Made by a program: the position numbers and the translations under genes
NCBI GenBank assembly: GCA_037440625.1
Contig: JBBITT010000005.1
Coordinates: forward strand, 41,492 to 105,491
Source of the DNA: Chloroflexota bacterium
Lineage (GTDB): Bacteria; Chloroflexota; Anaerolineae; UBA4142
Length of the DNA: 64,000 bases
Direction of reading: 5' to 3'
Part shown: positions 18,732 to 27,562 of the stretch, piece after piece
How the letters are laid out: every line of letters starts with the position of its first letter
Numbering within the stretch: the stretch's first letter is position 1
Notes under the pieces: model-generated
Databases searched by the model: none
What the model was told of the DNA's origin: nothing
Seen by the model: the letters and a program-made list of their open reading frames with translations, nothing else

Positions 18732-19019
18732 TTACGCGCCTTCCACGCGTGTAATGAGAAAGCGCAAGACTTCTTCCGTCAGTTTGAGTGAGCGATCCAA
18801 CTCGCGCACTGCTTGCGAAGGCAAATCAAACTGCAGGACACTGTAAAATCCTTCGGTGAATTTGACGATGGGATAAGCCAAGCGGCGTTTGCCCCAGTCT
18901 TCACGCTTGAGGAGTTGACCGCCGCCTGAGGTAATAAATTTTTCGATTTTTTCATTCACGGCGGCAAGGGCTTGTTCGTCAACAGTGGGACGGACAACGT
19001 ACATCAATTCGTACAGCAA
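18732..19019 (-). CDS. rpsF: 30S ribosomal protein S6
   Basis: (M)[15 protein letters not shown]... from a TTG start, with GGAGA 8 nt upstream. It lies directly upstream of rpsR, with no ssb gene between them. Confidence 0.9.
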   Translation of the reverse strand: MLYELMYVVRPTVDEQALAAVNEKIEKFITSGGGQLLKREDWGKRRLAYPIVKFTEGFYSVLQFDLPSQAVRELDRSLKLTEEVLRFLITRVEGA

Positions 19020-19165
19020 GGTGAGGGTCTCCTTTCCCTGGGTTTGCTCCGCACGGGGCGCGGGCGAAAAGGTCTTTTGCTTTCAAAGAGGATTTTTTCT
19101 CTCTTCTCAAGAACGCGCGCGATTATAACAGAGAATGAGAATTTACGCAAATCGCGGGGCACGTT

Positions 19166-19193
19166 TTGCCAAACGGTGCTAAAGCGGTATAAT
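19166..19193 (+). promoter_or_regulatory. Promoter TTGCCA-16 nt-TATAAT abutting the start codon (leaderless candidate)
   Basis: TTGCCA at 19166-19171 and TATAAT at 19188-19193. The in-frame ATG at 19201 begins 7 nt after the -10 element. Confidence 0.5.
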
Positions 19194-20076
19194 GGCGCTG
19201 ATGAAACACAAACTTGCCCTCGCCCAGTTTGCGCCACATCTTGGCGATGTGGACGCCAACCTCCAACACATCTTGCGCCTGACCGATCAGGCAAAATCCC
19301 AGCACGCCGATCTGCTCGTCTTTCCCGAACTCGCGCTCACCGGCTATTACCTCAAAGACTTGGTCCCTAATGTCGCCGCGCGCGCCCAAGCCGATGATCC
19401 GCGTCTCGCCACGCTTATCGCCGCCAGTCGTGATCTAGACATCGTCATCGGCTTTGTCGAAGAGGATGCCCGGTATCGTTATTACATTGCCGCCGCCTAC
19501 TTGTCCGAGGGACGTATCCTACACGTGCATCGCAAAGTGTACTTGCCCACCTATCGCCTGTTTGACGATGGACGATTCTTTGCCCCGGGCAATTCGTTCC
19601 GCGCGTTCAACACGCGTTTGGGACGCGTGGGCTTGCTCATTTGCGAAGACGCCTGGCACCTCTCATCGCCATACGTCTTGTGGCAAGACGGCGCAGATAT
19701 TTTGATTGATGTCTCGGCAAGTCCCGGCTATGGCGTCTCGCTCAAAGATGAAGTCGCCAACGCCGAAACAGTAAAAAATTTTCTGCGCACCTACGCCGAG
19801 ATGCTGACCACGTTCGTCATCTACAGCAACCGGGTGGGGATGGAAGACGGCATTCAATTCTGGGGCGGCAGTTGCATTCTGGGACCCGATGGCAAAACGA
19901 TTGTTGCCGCGCCACAATTTGAAGAAGCCTTCCTCGTTGCCGAGATTGACACGGATGCGTTGCGCCGCGCGCGGTTGGCTTTGCCACTCTTGCGCGATGA
20001 ACAACGCGAGTTGGTCCGCCACGAACTAGGGCGCGTTGCCAAATTTGAACTCGACCACCGACCGGATAAGGAATGA
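19192..20076 (+). CDS. Carbon-nitrogen hydrolase (nitrilase-superfamily glutaminase partner of NadE)
   Basis: Glu-Lys-Cys triad contexts VFPELALTGY, HRKVYLPTY and LICEDAW. The true start may be the ATG at 19201. Confidence 0.8.
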   Translation: MALMKHKLALAQFAPHLGDVDANLQHILRLTDQAKSQHADLLVFPELALTGYYLKDLVPNVAARAQADDPRLATLIAASRDLDIVIGFVEEDARYRYYIAAAYLSEGRILHVHRKVYLPTYRLFDDGRFFAPGNSFRAFNTRLGRVGLLICEDAWHLSSPYVLWQDGADILIDVSASPGYGVSLKDEVANAETVKNFLRTYAEMLTTFVIYSNRVGMEDGIQFWGGSCILGPDGKTIVAAPQFEEAFLVAEIDTDALRRARLALPLLRDEQRELVRHELGRVAKFELDHRPDKE

Positions 20077-20077
20077 A

Positions 20078-20911
20078 ATGACTGAACTGAATTCATTTCT
20101 CCAAATCAATACCACGCTCGCGCGAAAAATGATTGTGGATTTTATTCGCGCTGAAATCACGCGCGCGGGATTTTCGCGCGGCATCCTCGGTTTGTCCGGC
20201 GGTATTGATTCTTCGCTTGTTGCATTTCTCGCGGTCGAAGCGCTGGGCAAAGATAATGTGCTGGGACTGATTATGCCCTATCGCACCAGCAACCCAGCCA
20301 GTCGCGCGGATGCCGAAGCCGTTGCCCAACAACTGGGCATCGCCACGCGCCTCATCGAAATTACGCCGATGGTTGAGCCGTACCTTGCCCAGGATGTTCC
20401 CAGCGATGCACGGCGGCGTGGCAACGTAATGGCGCGCGTGCGAATGATGGTGTTGTACGATCAATCGGAAGATTTTCGCGCATTGGTGATTGGCACCTCC
20501 AACAAGACCGAAGCGTTGTTGGGGTATACCACGCAATTTGGCGATAACGCCGCCGCCATTCAGCCGATTGCCGATCTCTACAAAGGTCAAGTGCGCCAAC
20601 TTGCGCGTGTGGTAGGTGTACCCCAAGCGATCATTGACAAAGCCCCCAGCGCCGATCTGTGGCAAGGCCAAACGGATGAAGGCGAACTCGGTTTCACGTA
20701 CGATCAAGCCGATGCGATTTTGTATCACCTGGTGGACGAACGTCGTCGCATTGAAGATGTGATTGCGATGGGCTTTGATGAACGCATCGTTCGCCGCATC
20801 GTTACGTTGATGGCGCGCAATCATTTCAAACGCGTACCACCGCCGGTTGCCAAGTTGAGCGCGCGAACGATTGGCATTGATTTCTTGTACGATCGAGATT
20901 GGAACACGTAA
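20078..20911 (+). CDS. nadE: NAD+ synthetase (synthetase/ATP-pyrophosphatase subunit)
   Basis: PP-loop LGLSGGIDSS. The ATG lies 1 nt after the upstream stop, so the track start at 20036 is over-extended. Confidence 0.88.
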   Translation: MTELNSFLQINTTLARKMIVDFIRAEITRAGFSRGILGLSGGIDSSLVAFLAVEALGKDNVLGLIMPYRTSNPASRADAEAVAQQLGIATRLIEITPMVEPYLAQDVPSDARRRGNVMARVRMMVLYDQSEDFRALVIGTSNKTEALLGYTTQFGDNAAAIQPIADLYKGQVRQLARVVGVPQAIIDKAPSADLWQGQTDEGELGFTYDQADAILYHLVDERRRIEDVIAMGFDERIVRRIVTLMARNHFKRVPPPVAKLSARTIGIDFLYDRDWNT

Positions 20912-20992
20912 GAGTTGTTGTTCGTAGTATGGCGATTGATCGCCACGTTTACGCGACGCAATGAATCGCGCGATTACAAACAGGATGACGTA

Positions 20993-21023
20993 GGACAAAT
21001 TTCCAAATTTGTCCTCCATTTTT
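20993..21023 (+). terminator. Intrinsic terminator after nadE
   Basis: GGACAAATT pairs with AATTTGTCC, followed by TCCATTTTT. Confidence 0.7.
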
Positions 21024-21033
21024 AGGAGAAGCA

Positions 21034-21981
21034 ATGCCCAAAGCATTAGTGACCGGTGGTGCCGGGTTTATCGGCTCTCATCTTGTTGAAGGATTGCTAG
21101 CACAAGGATGGGATGTGCGCGTGTTGGATAATTTTTCCACCGGGCATCGCGAAAACATCAAAACTATCATCAATCAAATTGATTTGCTCGAAGGCGATGT
21201 AACCAACTTGACCACTGTGCGCTTTGCGGTGCGGAACGTAGAGGTGATTTTTCATCAAGCCGCGTTGCCGTCCGTTGCACGCTCGGTGGCAAATCCGTTG
21301 GAGAGCAACGAAGTCAATATCACCGGCACGCTGAACGTTCTGCTCGCGGCGCGCGATGCCGGCGTCAAACGCGTGGTGTACGCCGCCTCATCGTCCGCGT
21401 ATGGCGATACACCCACGTTGCCCAAAGTGGAAACAATGACGCCCACACCCTTGTCGCCATACGCGATTGCGAAATTGACCGGCGAAATGTACGCCCGCGC
21501 CTTTACTCAACTGTATGGTCTCTCCACCATTTCGCTGCGCTACTTTAACGTGTTTGGACCGCGTCAAGACCCTACCACGCAGTACGCTGGCGTCATCGCC
21601 AAGTTTTGCACGTGCGCGATTGAAGGCAAGCCGTACCCGGTCTTTGGCGATGGCGAGCAATCACGCGATTTCACGTACGTGGAAAATGTTGTGCACGCCA
21701 ATTTGCTTGCCGCTCATGCTAAACTAGATGGCGCGACGATGGTCAACATCGCTTGCGGCGAGCGAACAACGCTCAATCAATTAATTACGTTGTTGAATGA
21801 ACTCACGCATCAAAATTTGCCGGCGCATTATGGACCTGCGCGTGCCGGCGATGTGCGGCATTCCCAAGCGGATATTACGCGCGCCGGCAAATTGTTAGGT
21901 TATGAGCCACGCGTGGATATTCGCGAAGGATTGCGCCGCACGTTGGAATGGTACCGCAACAAACCAAGGGATTCACAATGA
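21034..21981 (+). CDS. NAD-dependent sugar-nucleotide epimerase/dehydratase (SDR, WbpP/TviC-like)
   Basis: VTGGAGFIGSHL Rossmann motif, SSSAYG, and YAIAKL (YxxxK). Confidence 0.82.
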   Translation: MPKALVTGGAGFIGSHLVEGLLAQGWDVRVLDNFSTGHRENIKTIINQIDLLEGDVTNLTTVRFAVRNVEVIFHQAALPSVARSVANPLESNEVNITGTLNVLLAARDAGVKRVVYAASSSAYGDTPTLPKVETMTPTPLSPYAIAKLTGEMYARAFTQLYGLSTISLRYFNVFGPRQDPTTQYAGVIAKFCTCAIEGKPYPVFGDGEQSRDFTYVENVVHANLLAAHAKLDGATMVNIACGERTTLNQLITLLNELTHQNLPAHYGPARAGDVRHSQADITRAGKLLGYEPRVDIREGLRRTLEWYRNKPRDSQ

Positions 21982-23129
21982 ACGACAAAACCAAACTCAT
22001 CACGGGTTTGCAAGCCGCGTGGAAACGCGAGATTGCCGGCGCAAAAACCTATCGTGCGTTGGCAGAGCGCGCGCGTTCCCGGGAACAGCGAGACATCCTG
22101 ATCCGCCTTGCCGAAGCGGAAGAGCGCCACGCGGAAACCTGGGCGGCGCGTTTGCGCGAACTGGGCAGCGCACCGCCGGTGTTTCGCGAGACTCTGATCG
22201 AACGCCTCCGCCGCTGGATCTGGGTGCAATCGGGAACGGAGAATGCGTTGCGCCAGATCGAAGCGATGGAAGATTCCGATACCTCCGCATATGCGGACCT
22301 GATGCAAGCGACAACCGAAGAAAAAGATCGCGCTGCCGTGCGTACCACCGAAATCGAAGAAAAGACGCACGCCAAACTTTTGAGCGAGATGACGCAACCG
22401 CCCGCCCCCGTCGCTCGGCTTGAAGCGATGATGAAGACCGAAAAGTGGCACGTGCGCGGCGGGGGCTGGATTGGTCAAGCGATTTATGGAATGAACGATG
22501 GACTCGGCTCGGTGTTTGGTGTGGTCGCCGGGGTGGCTGGCGCGACAAGTGCGAGCGCGCAATTTGTTATTATCAGCGGCATTGCGGCAGTCGTGGCGAA
22601 CGCGGTCTCGATGGGCGCGGGGGCGTATCTTGCGACCAAATCCGAACGCGAGGTGTATGAAGCAGAAATCGCGCGTGAACGCCGGGAACTGGAAACCGAT
22701 CCTGAGCAAGAGCGTGAAGAGATGGCATTGTTCTATGAACTCAAGGGCTTTACGCCGGATGAAGCAAAAAAATTGGCGGCGCGGATGGCAGAGAATCCGG
22801 AACAAATGTTGAAAACTCTGGCATCGGAAGAATTGGGGTTATCGGCAGAGACCTTTCCCAATCCCTGGCGCGAGGGATTGAGCGCGGGCGTGTTCACTGC
22901 ACTAGGCGCATTCATTCCGGTGGTCCCTTTCTTCTTCACCGATGGTATGCCGGCGGTCATTGCATCGTTTATCATCTCATCGCTGGCGTACTTTGGAGTG
23001 GGCGCATCCAAGGTGTTGGTGACCGGGCGCAATTGGCTGCGCAGTGGTATGGAAATGCTCTTGATTGGGCTTGGGGTGGGAATCGTAACCTACGCCATTG
23101 GGTCGCTGTTCGAGTTACAAATCCCATAG
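21978..23129 (+). CDS. Ferritin-like (erythrin) domain fused to a VIT1/CCC1 iron/manganese transporter domain (MbfA-like)
   Basis: N-terminus ...KTYRALAERARSREQRDILIRLAEAEERHAETW (ExxH di-iron motif). The C-terminus has VIT1-type TM helices (GMNDGLGSVFGVVAGVAG...). The ATG at 21978 overlaps the upstream stop. Confidence 0.75.
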   Translation: MNDKTKLITGLQAAWKREIAGAKTYRALAERARSREQRDILIRLAEAEERHAETWAARLRELGSAPPVFRETLIERLRRWIWVQSGTENALRQIEAMEDSDTSAYADLMQATTEEKDRAAVRTTEIEEKTHAKLLSEMTQPPAPVARLEAMMKTEKWHVRGGGWIGQAIYGMNDGLGSVFGVVAGVAGATSASAQFVIISGIAAVVANAVSMGAGAYLATKSEREVYEAEIARERRELETDPEQEREEMALFYELKGFTPDEAKKLAARMAENPEQMLKTLASEELGLSAETFPNPWREGLSAGVFTALGAFIPVVPFFFTDGMPAVIASFIISSLAYFGVGASKVLVTGRNWLRSGMEMLLIGLGVGIVTYAIGSLFELQIP

Positions 23130-23175
23130 AGCGCGTCTTTGTTTTTTGTTTGCCCCTGTGCTATAATCCTCGACC

Positions 23176-24294
23176 GTGTTCACTAGTCGGACTGCTCAAC
23201 AAGTCATCCTTGCCATCGTCATTGGCATCATAATCGGCTGCGTCTGCGGCACCGTGGCGTTGGGTTTGATGGTGGGACCCAACCTCGTACGGGTTGCGGT
23301 TGCCTCATCTCCCACACCGACGTTGACCGCCACTCGCGCCATCTTTCCCACGATCACCCTTGCCCCACCCGCATCGCGCACACCTACCTATGTACCGCAA
23401 CCTACCACGCCCGCACCACCCCTCAATCGAACGCCGACATCGAACGGGCGACCGGTCGTTCAACATTTTTTGATGGGACGCCCGGTGCAACCGCCCGCAG
23501 AACGCTTATCGCCTTCCTCGGTTTATTTGTACGGTACAACGCGGCTAGGCGATTTGGATGTGCATCACGGACAAGAATTTGAGAATCCGATGGGTACGCC
23601 GCTGTACGCCGTTGCCGATGGAACGATTGTAGTGGCTGGGACGGACACGGTACCGATGTGTGGTGATGACGGCAACAAAGTTTGTGGGCGCGATCTTTCG
23701 CCGGATAGCGGCGGCTATTACGGCCAAGTTATTGTGCTACAACTCGCCCAAACGTATAACGGTCAAAAAGTTTTTGCGTTGTACGGACACTTGAGTAAAA
23801 TTGGCGTCGCCAAAGGCGCTGTGGTCAAGCGCGGTGATTTGATTGGCGAGATTGGCGCGAGCGGTGTGGCGTTGGGACCCCACGTTCATTTTGAGGTACG
23901 TCTCGGCGTCAACGATTACGCGCACACGCGCAATCCCATCTTGTGGATGACGCCGCTCGCCGGGCGCGGCTCACTTGCCGGCCGCATCACCGATTATCGG
24001 GGCAACCTGATGCGCGGTGCGGTCGTCAACATCGTCAGTGCGAACGGCGATGGCGGACGCTTTACGACCGAGACGTACAGCCGCGATAGATACCCCGCGG
24101 TCAACGCGGACGATGAAATCGGCGAAAATTTTGCGCTTGCCGATTTGTTGCCCGGCGATTACATCATCCGCGTGCAAGGTCAACCTATTTCATCGCGCGT
24201 AACGATTGAAGAAGGCAAACTGGTTTTCATCGAAATTGGTTTACCACCGCCACCCACCGTAACGCCGACACCGGCAACCACGCCAACACCGTAA
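23176..24294 (+). CDS. M23 family metallopeptidase with an N-terminal TM and a C-terminal beta-sandwich (CarboxypepD_reg-like) domain
   Basis: HHGQEF...YAVADGTIVVAG...GHLSKI...GPHVHFEV motifs. TGCTATAAT ends 8 nt before the GTG start. Confidence 0.82.
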   Translation: MFTSRTAQQVILAIVIGIIIGCVCGTVALGLMVGPNLVRVAVASSPTPTLTATRAIFPTITLAPPASRTPTYVPQPTTPAPPLNRTPTSNGRPVVQHFLMGRPVQPPAERLSPSSVYLYGTTRLGDLDVHHGQEFENPMGTPLYAVADGTIVVAGTDTVPMCGDDGNKVCGRDLSPDSGGYYGQVIVLQLAQTYNGQKVFALYGHLSKIGVAKGAVVKRGDLIGEIGASGVALGPHVHFEVRLGVNDYAHTRNPILWMTPLAGRGSLAGRITDYRGNLMRGAVVNIVSANGDGGRFTTETYSRDRYPAVNADDEIGENFALADLLPGDYIIRVQGQPISSRVTIEEGKLVFIEIGLPPPPTVTPTPATTPTP

Positions 24295-24324
24295 TTGGTG
24301 ATTCGTAGATGAATTGAGGTTACA

Positions 24325-25779
24325 ATGCCAGAGGTTCGCGTACGCTTTGCACCCAGTCCCACCGGCGCGCCGCACATCGGTAATATTCGCACCGCCTTGT
24401 TCGATTATTTGTGGGCGCGGCACACCGGTGGCAAATTTATCGTCCGCATCGAAGATACCGACCAAGCGCGCGAAGTGGAGAATGGTCTGGAACTCATTCT
24501 CGAATCGTTGCGCTTTTTGGGTTTGCAGTGGGACGAGGGTCCAGATGTCGGCGGTGATTACGGACCGTACGAACAATCCAAACGTTTGCATATTTACAAA
24601 ACCCACGCCGAACAGTTGATTGCCAAGGGCGCGGCGTACTATTGCTATTGCAGTGAAGCGCGGCTAGAACAGATGCGCAAAGAACAACAGGCGCGCGGCG
24701 AACAAACACGCTACGATTATCATTGCCGTTATCTCACACCCGAACAGCGCGCCGAGTACGAAAAAGCCGGGATACCCAAAGTGATTCGGTTGGCGGTGCC
24801 GCGCGAAGGCAAGACGACCTTGCACGATTTTATTCACGGCGATTTGACGATTGCCAACAAGGACGTGGACGATCAAATCTTGCTCAAAGCCGATGGCTTT
24901 CCCACGTACCATCTCGCCGTCGTCGTGGACGATCATTTGATGAAAATCTCACACGTGATGCGCGGCGATGATTGGATTCCCTCGTTTCCGAAACACGTGT
25001 TGTTGTATCAGGCGTTCGGCTGGGAAATTCCGCCGCACGGTCATTTACCCAACGTGCTGGGCGCGGACAAGAAAAAGTTGAGCAAACGGCACGGCGCCAC
25101 CAGCGTCCTGCAATTCCGCGATCAAGGATATTTGCCGGAAGCGCTGTTTAACTTTCTTGCCCGGCTCGGCTGGTCGCTGGATGACAAATCCGAATTGTTC
25201 ACGCGTGAGCAATTGATTGAGGTATTCACGCTGGATCGCATTGAGCATGCGCCCGCCGTGTTCGATCCAGCCAAACTCGATTGGATGAACGGGTACTATA
25301 TTCGCCAACTCAGCGATGACGATTTGACGAATCGTTTGATGCCGTTCTTTGAACGCGCGAATCTTCATCCTGACCCGGCAACTGTGCGCGGACTCATCCC
25401 GCTCATCAAAGAGCGCATGAAAAAATTGACTGATGCGGTTACGATGGCGGACTTTCTTTTCGCCGATGATTTGGAGTACGACCCGCAACTTTTAATCGGC
25501 AAAGGAATGGATGCCCAATCCACGCTTGCCGCATTGCGCGCGGCGCAAAACGTGCTGGAAAAATACCCCGCGTTCGACAACGAAGAAAAGATCGAAGCAG
25601 AATTGCGCGCCACCGCTGATCAACTTGGAATGAAATATGCCCAGTTCTTCGGCGCCTTGCGTGTGGCGGTGACCGGCAAAACGGTCTCGCTACCGCTGAT
25701 GGGCTCCATACGACTGGTGGGACGCGAAAGAACGCTGCGGCGCATTGCACGCGCGATGCAACATCTAGCCGCGTTCTAA
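24325..25779 (+). CDS. gltX: Glutamate--tRNA ligase
   Basis: RFAPSPTGAPHIGNIRTA (HIGH motif) and KLSKRHG (KMSKS motif). 484 aa. Confidence 0.93.
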   Translation: MPEVRVRFAPSPTGAPHIGNIRTALFDYLWARHTGGKFIVRIEDTDQAREVENGLELILESLRFLGLQWDEGPDVGGDYGPYEQSKRLHIYKTHAEQLIAKGAAYYCYCSEARLEQMRKEQQARGEQTRYDYHCRYLTPEQRAEYEKAGIPKVIRLAVPREGKTTLHDFIHGDLTIANKDVDDQILLKADGFPTYHLAVVVDDHLMKISHVMRGDDWIPSFPKHVLLYQAFGWEIPPHGHLPNVLGADKKKLSKRHGATSVLQFRDQGYLPEALFNFLARLGWSLDDKSELFTREQLIEVFTLDRIEHAPAVFDPAKLDWMNGYYIRQLSDDDLTNRLMPFFERANLHPDPATVRGLIPLIKERMKKLTDAVTMADFLFADDLEYDPQLLIGKGMDAQSTLAALRAAQNVLEKYPAFDNEEKIEAELRATADQLGMKYAQFFGALRVAVTGKTVSLPLMGSIRLVGRERTLRRIARAMQHLAAF

Positions 25780-25890
25780 TCCGGCTTTAATCTCCATTTC
25801 ATTCACGTGTGTTAATGTTGGTGCTTGTACAGTGTGATTCTGTGCTAATCTGAAATCAAAAATCTGCAATCTAGAATGACAGGAGTGCCT

Positions 25891-26844
25891 ATGCCAGAAA
25901 CATCGAGTAACGGCACGGCGATGATTGAAACGCATAACCTCGGCAAGATGTACGGGCCGTACGAGGCGTTGCGTGACGTAACCTTCGACGTGCAAAAAGG
26001 CGAAGTCCTCGGTTTCTTGGGCCCCAACGGCGCGGGCAAGACCACGACGATGCGGATCCTCACTGGCTATATGCCGCCATCGTCCGGGACGGCGCGCGTG
26101 GCGGGCTTTGACGTGTTCCATGACTCAATCGAAGTCCGCCAGCGGATTGGCTATTTGCCAGAAAGTGTTCCCCTTTATCCCGAAATGTCGGTGTGGGATT
26201 ATCTTGATTTTGCCGCGCGCTTGCGCCACGTTTCCAACCGCGATGACGCTATCGAACGCGTGATGGAGATGACAAACATTGGCGATAAAGCCGATGTGTT
26301 GATCGGCAAATTGTCCAAAGGGCAACGGCAACGCGTGGGAATTGCTCAAGCCCTGATTCACGATCCCAAAGTGTTGATCCTCGATGAACCCACCATCGGA
26401 CTCGACCCCAAGCAAATCATCGAGATTCGGCATTTGATCAAATCGCTTGCCGGCGATCACACTGTTCTGCTCAGCACGCACATTTTGCCGGAAGTGAGCC
26501 AAACCTGCTCGCGTGTATTGATTATCAACCAAGGCAAGATTGTAGCGGAAGATACGCCGGAACGATTGGCATCGCGCGTGCGTGGCGCCGAACACATTCA
26601 TTTGCAAGTGGCACACGCCGCGCCAGAGATTCCTACCGAACTCGAAAAAATTCAAGGCGTGTTAGGCGTTCAAGCCAAAGAGGGCGGCGTGTACGAAATC
26701 GAAACCAATCCCGGCACCGATCGCCGCACCGATATTGCCGCGATGGCAGTCCAACGCGGCTGGGGGGTTCTTGAGTTGCGCCCCGTGAGTCTCACTCTTG
26801 AAGATATCTTCCTCAAACTCACGACCACTGAGGAGGAGGTATAA
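25891..26844 (+). CDS. ABC transporter ATP-binding protein (GldA-like)
   Basis: Walker A GPNGAGKTT, signature LSKGQRQR, Walker B LILDEPT. AGGAG lies 5 nt before the ATG at 25891, with an alternative ATG at 25876. Confidence 0.88.
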   Translation: MPETSSNGTAMIETHNLGKMYGPYEALRDVTFDVQKGEVLGFLGPNGAGKTTTMRILTGYMPPSSGTARVAGFDVFHDSIEVRQRIGYLPESVPLYPEMSVWDYLDFAARLRHVSNRDDAIERVMEMTNIGDKADVLIGKLSKGQRQRVGIAQALIHDPKVLILDEPTIGLDPKQIIEIRHLIKSLAGDHTVLLSTHILPEVSQTCSRVLIINQGKIVAEDTPERLASRVRGAEHIHLQVAHAAPEIPTELEKIQGVLGVQAKEGGVYEIETNPGTDRRTDIAAMAVQRGWGVLELRPVSLTLEDIFLKLTTTEEEV

Positions 26845-26845
26845 G

Positions 26846-27562
26846 ATGCGAAACGTTTGGACGATTACGTGGCGTGAACTGCGCGCGTACTTTGCCTCGC
26901 CGCTGGCGTACGTGTTGAGCGCGGGATTTCTCGCACTAGCCGGCGTGTTCTTTTCCTTCGATATCTACTTTAGCCGCGAAGCCTCGATGCGCAATCTGCT
27001 CGTAACGATTGTCTTTATCTTTCTCTTGCTGGCACCCGCGCTGACGATGCGCTTGCTTGCCGAAGAACAACGAATGGGCACGTTGGAACTGTTGCTCACG
27101 GCACCCTTGCACGATTGGCAAGTTGTTGTAGGTAAATTCTTGGGCAGTTTGATTTTGTATCTGGTGATGTTCATATTGCCGATGGTGTACTATGTTTTGA
27201 TTCTGGTCGTATTCGGTCCTCCCGATTATGGACCTTTGGCAACCGGTTTCTTGGGACTCATCTTGATGGGCGCAGCATTTCTCGCCGTCGGGGTGTTCGC
27301 TTCCTCGCTGACCCAGAATCAAGTGATTGCCGCGGTGGTCAGTATGGGCATCTTGATCGTGATGTGGGTGGCCGATGCCTTCACCAATCTGATCGGAACC
27401 GGGTTGGTGAGCGATGTTTTGAACTTCATCGCCATCCCTCGCCACTATCCGGATTTCTTCCGGGGCGTAATCAATTCCACCGACATTCTATACGCCTTGA
27501 GCGTGGTTGTCGTTTCACTCTTCTTTGCAACTCAGGCTCTTCAAACTAGGAGGTGGCGATGA
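26846..27562 (+). CDS. ABC-2 type transporter permease (GldF-like)
   Basis: Six predicted TM segments. MRNVWTITWRELRAYFASPLAYV is the typical ABC-2 N-terminus. Starts 1 nt after the upstream stop. Confidence 0.8.
   Translation: MRNVWTITWRELRAYFASPLAYVLSAGFLALAGVFFSFDIYFSREASMRNLLVTIVFIFLLLAPALTMRLLAEEQRMGTLELLLTAPLHDWQVVVGKFLGSLILYLVMFILPMVYYVLILVVFGPPDYGPLATGFLGLILMGAAFLAVGVFASSLTQNQVIAAVVSMGILIVMWVADAFTNLIGTGLVSDVLNFIAIPRHYPDFFRGVINSTDILYALSVVVVSLFFATQALQTRRWR

Noticed and set aside
20093-21046. 317-aa ORF on the minus strand
   Set aside because: It lies entirely antisense to nadE, which has clear family motifs. Its composition is Arg/Ala/Gly-rich, as is typical of shadow ORFs in high-GC DNA, and there is no SD.
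21900-22805. 301-aa minus-strand ORF, plus overlapping 173-182-aa ORFs
   Set aside because: Antisense or out of frame relative to the erythrin-VIT1 gene, with Arg-rich low-complexity translation.
25858-25870. The 11-mer AAATCTGCAAT is shared with 36919-36929, and a related AAATCTGC occurs at about 46940
   Set aside because: It is short and AT-rich, so it is compatible with chance. No consistent position relative to genes.
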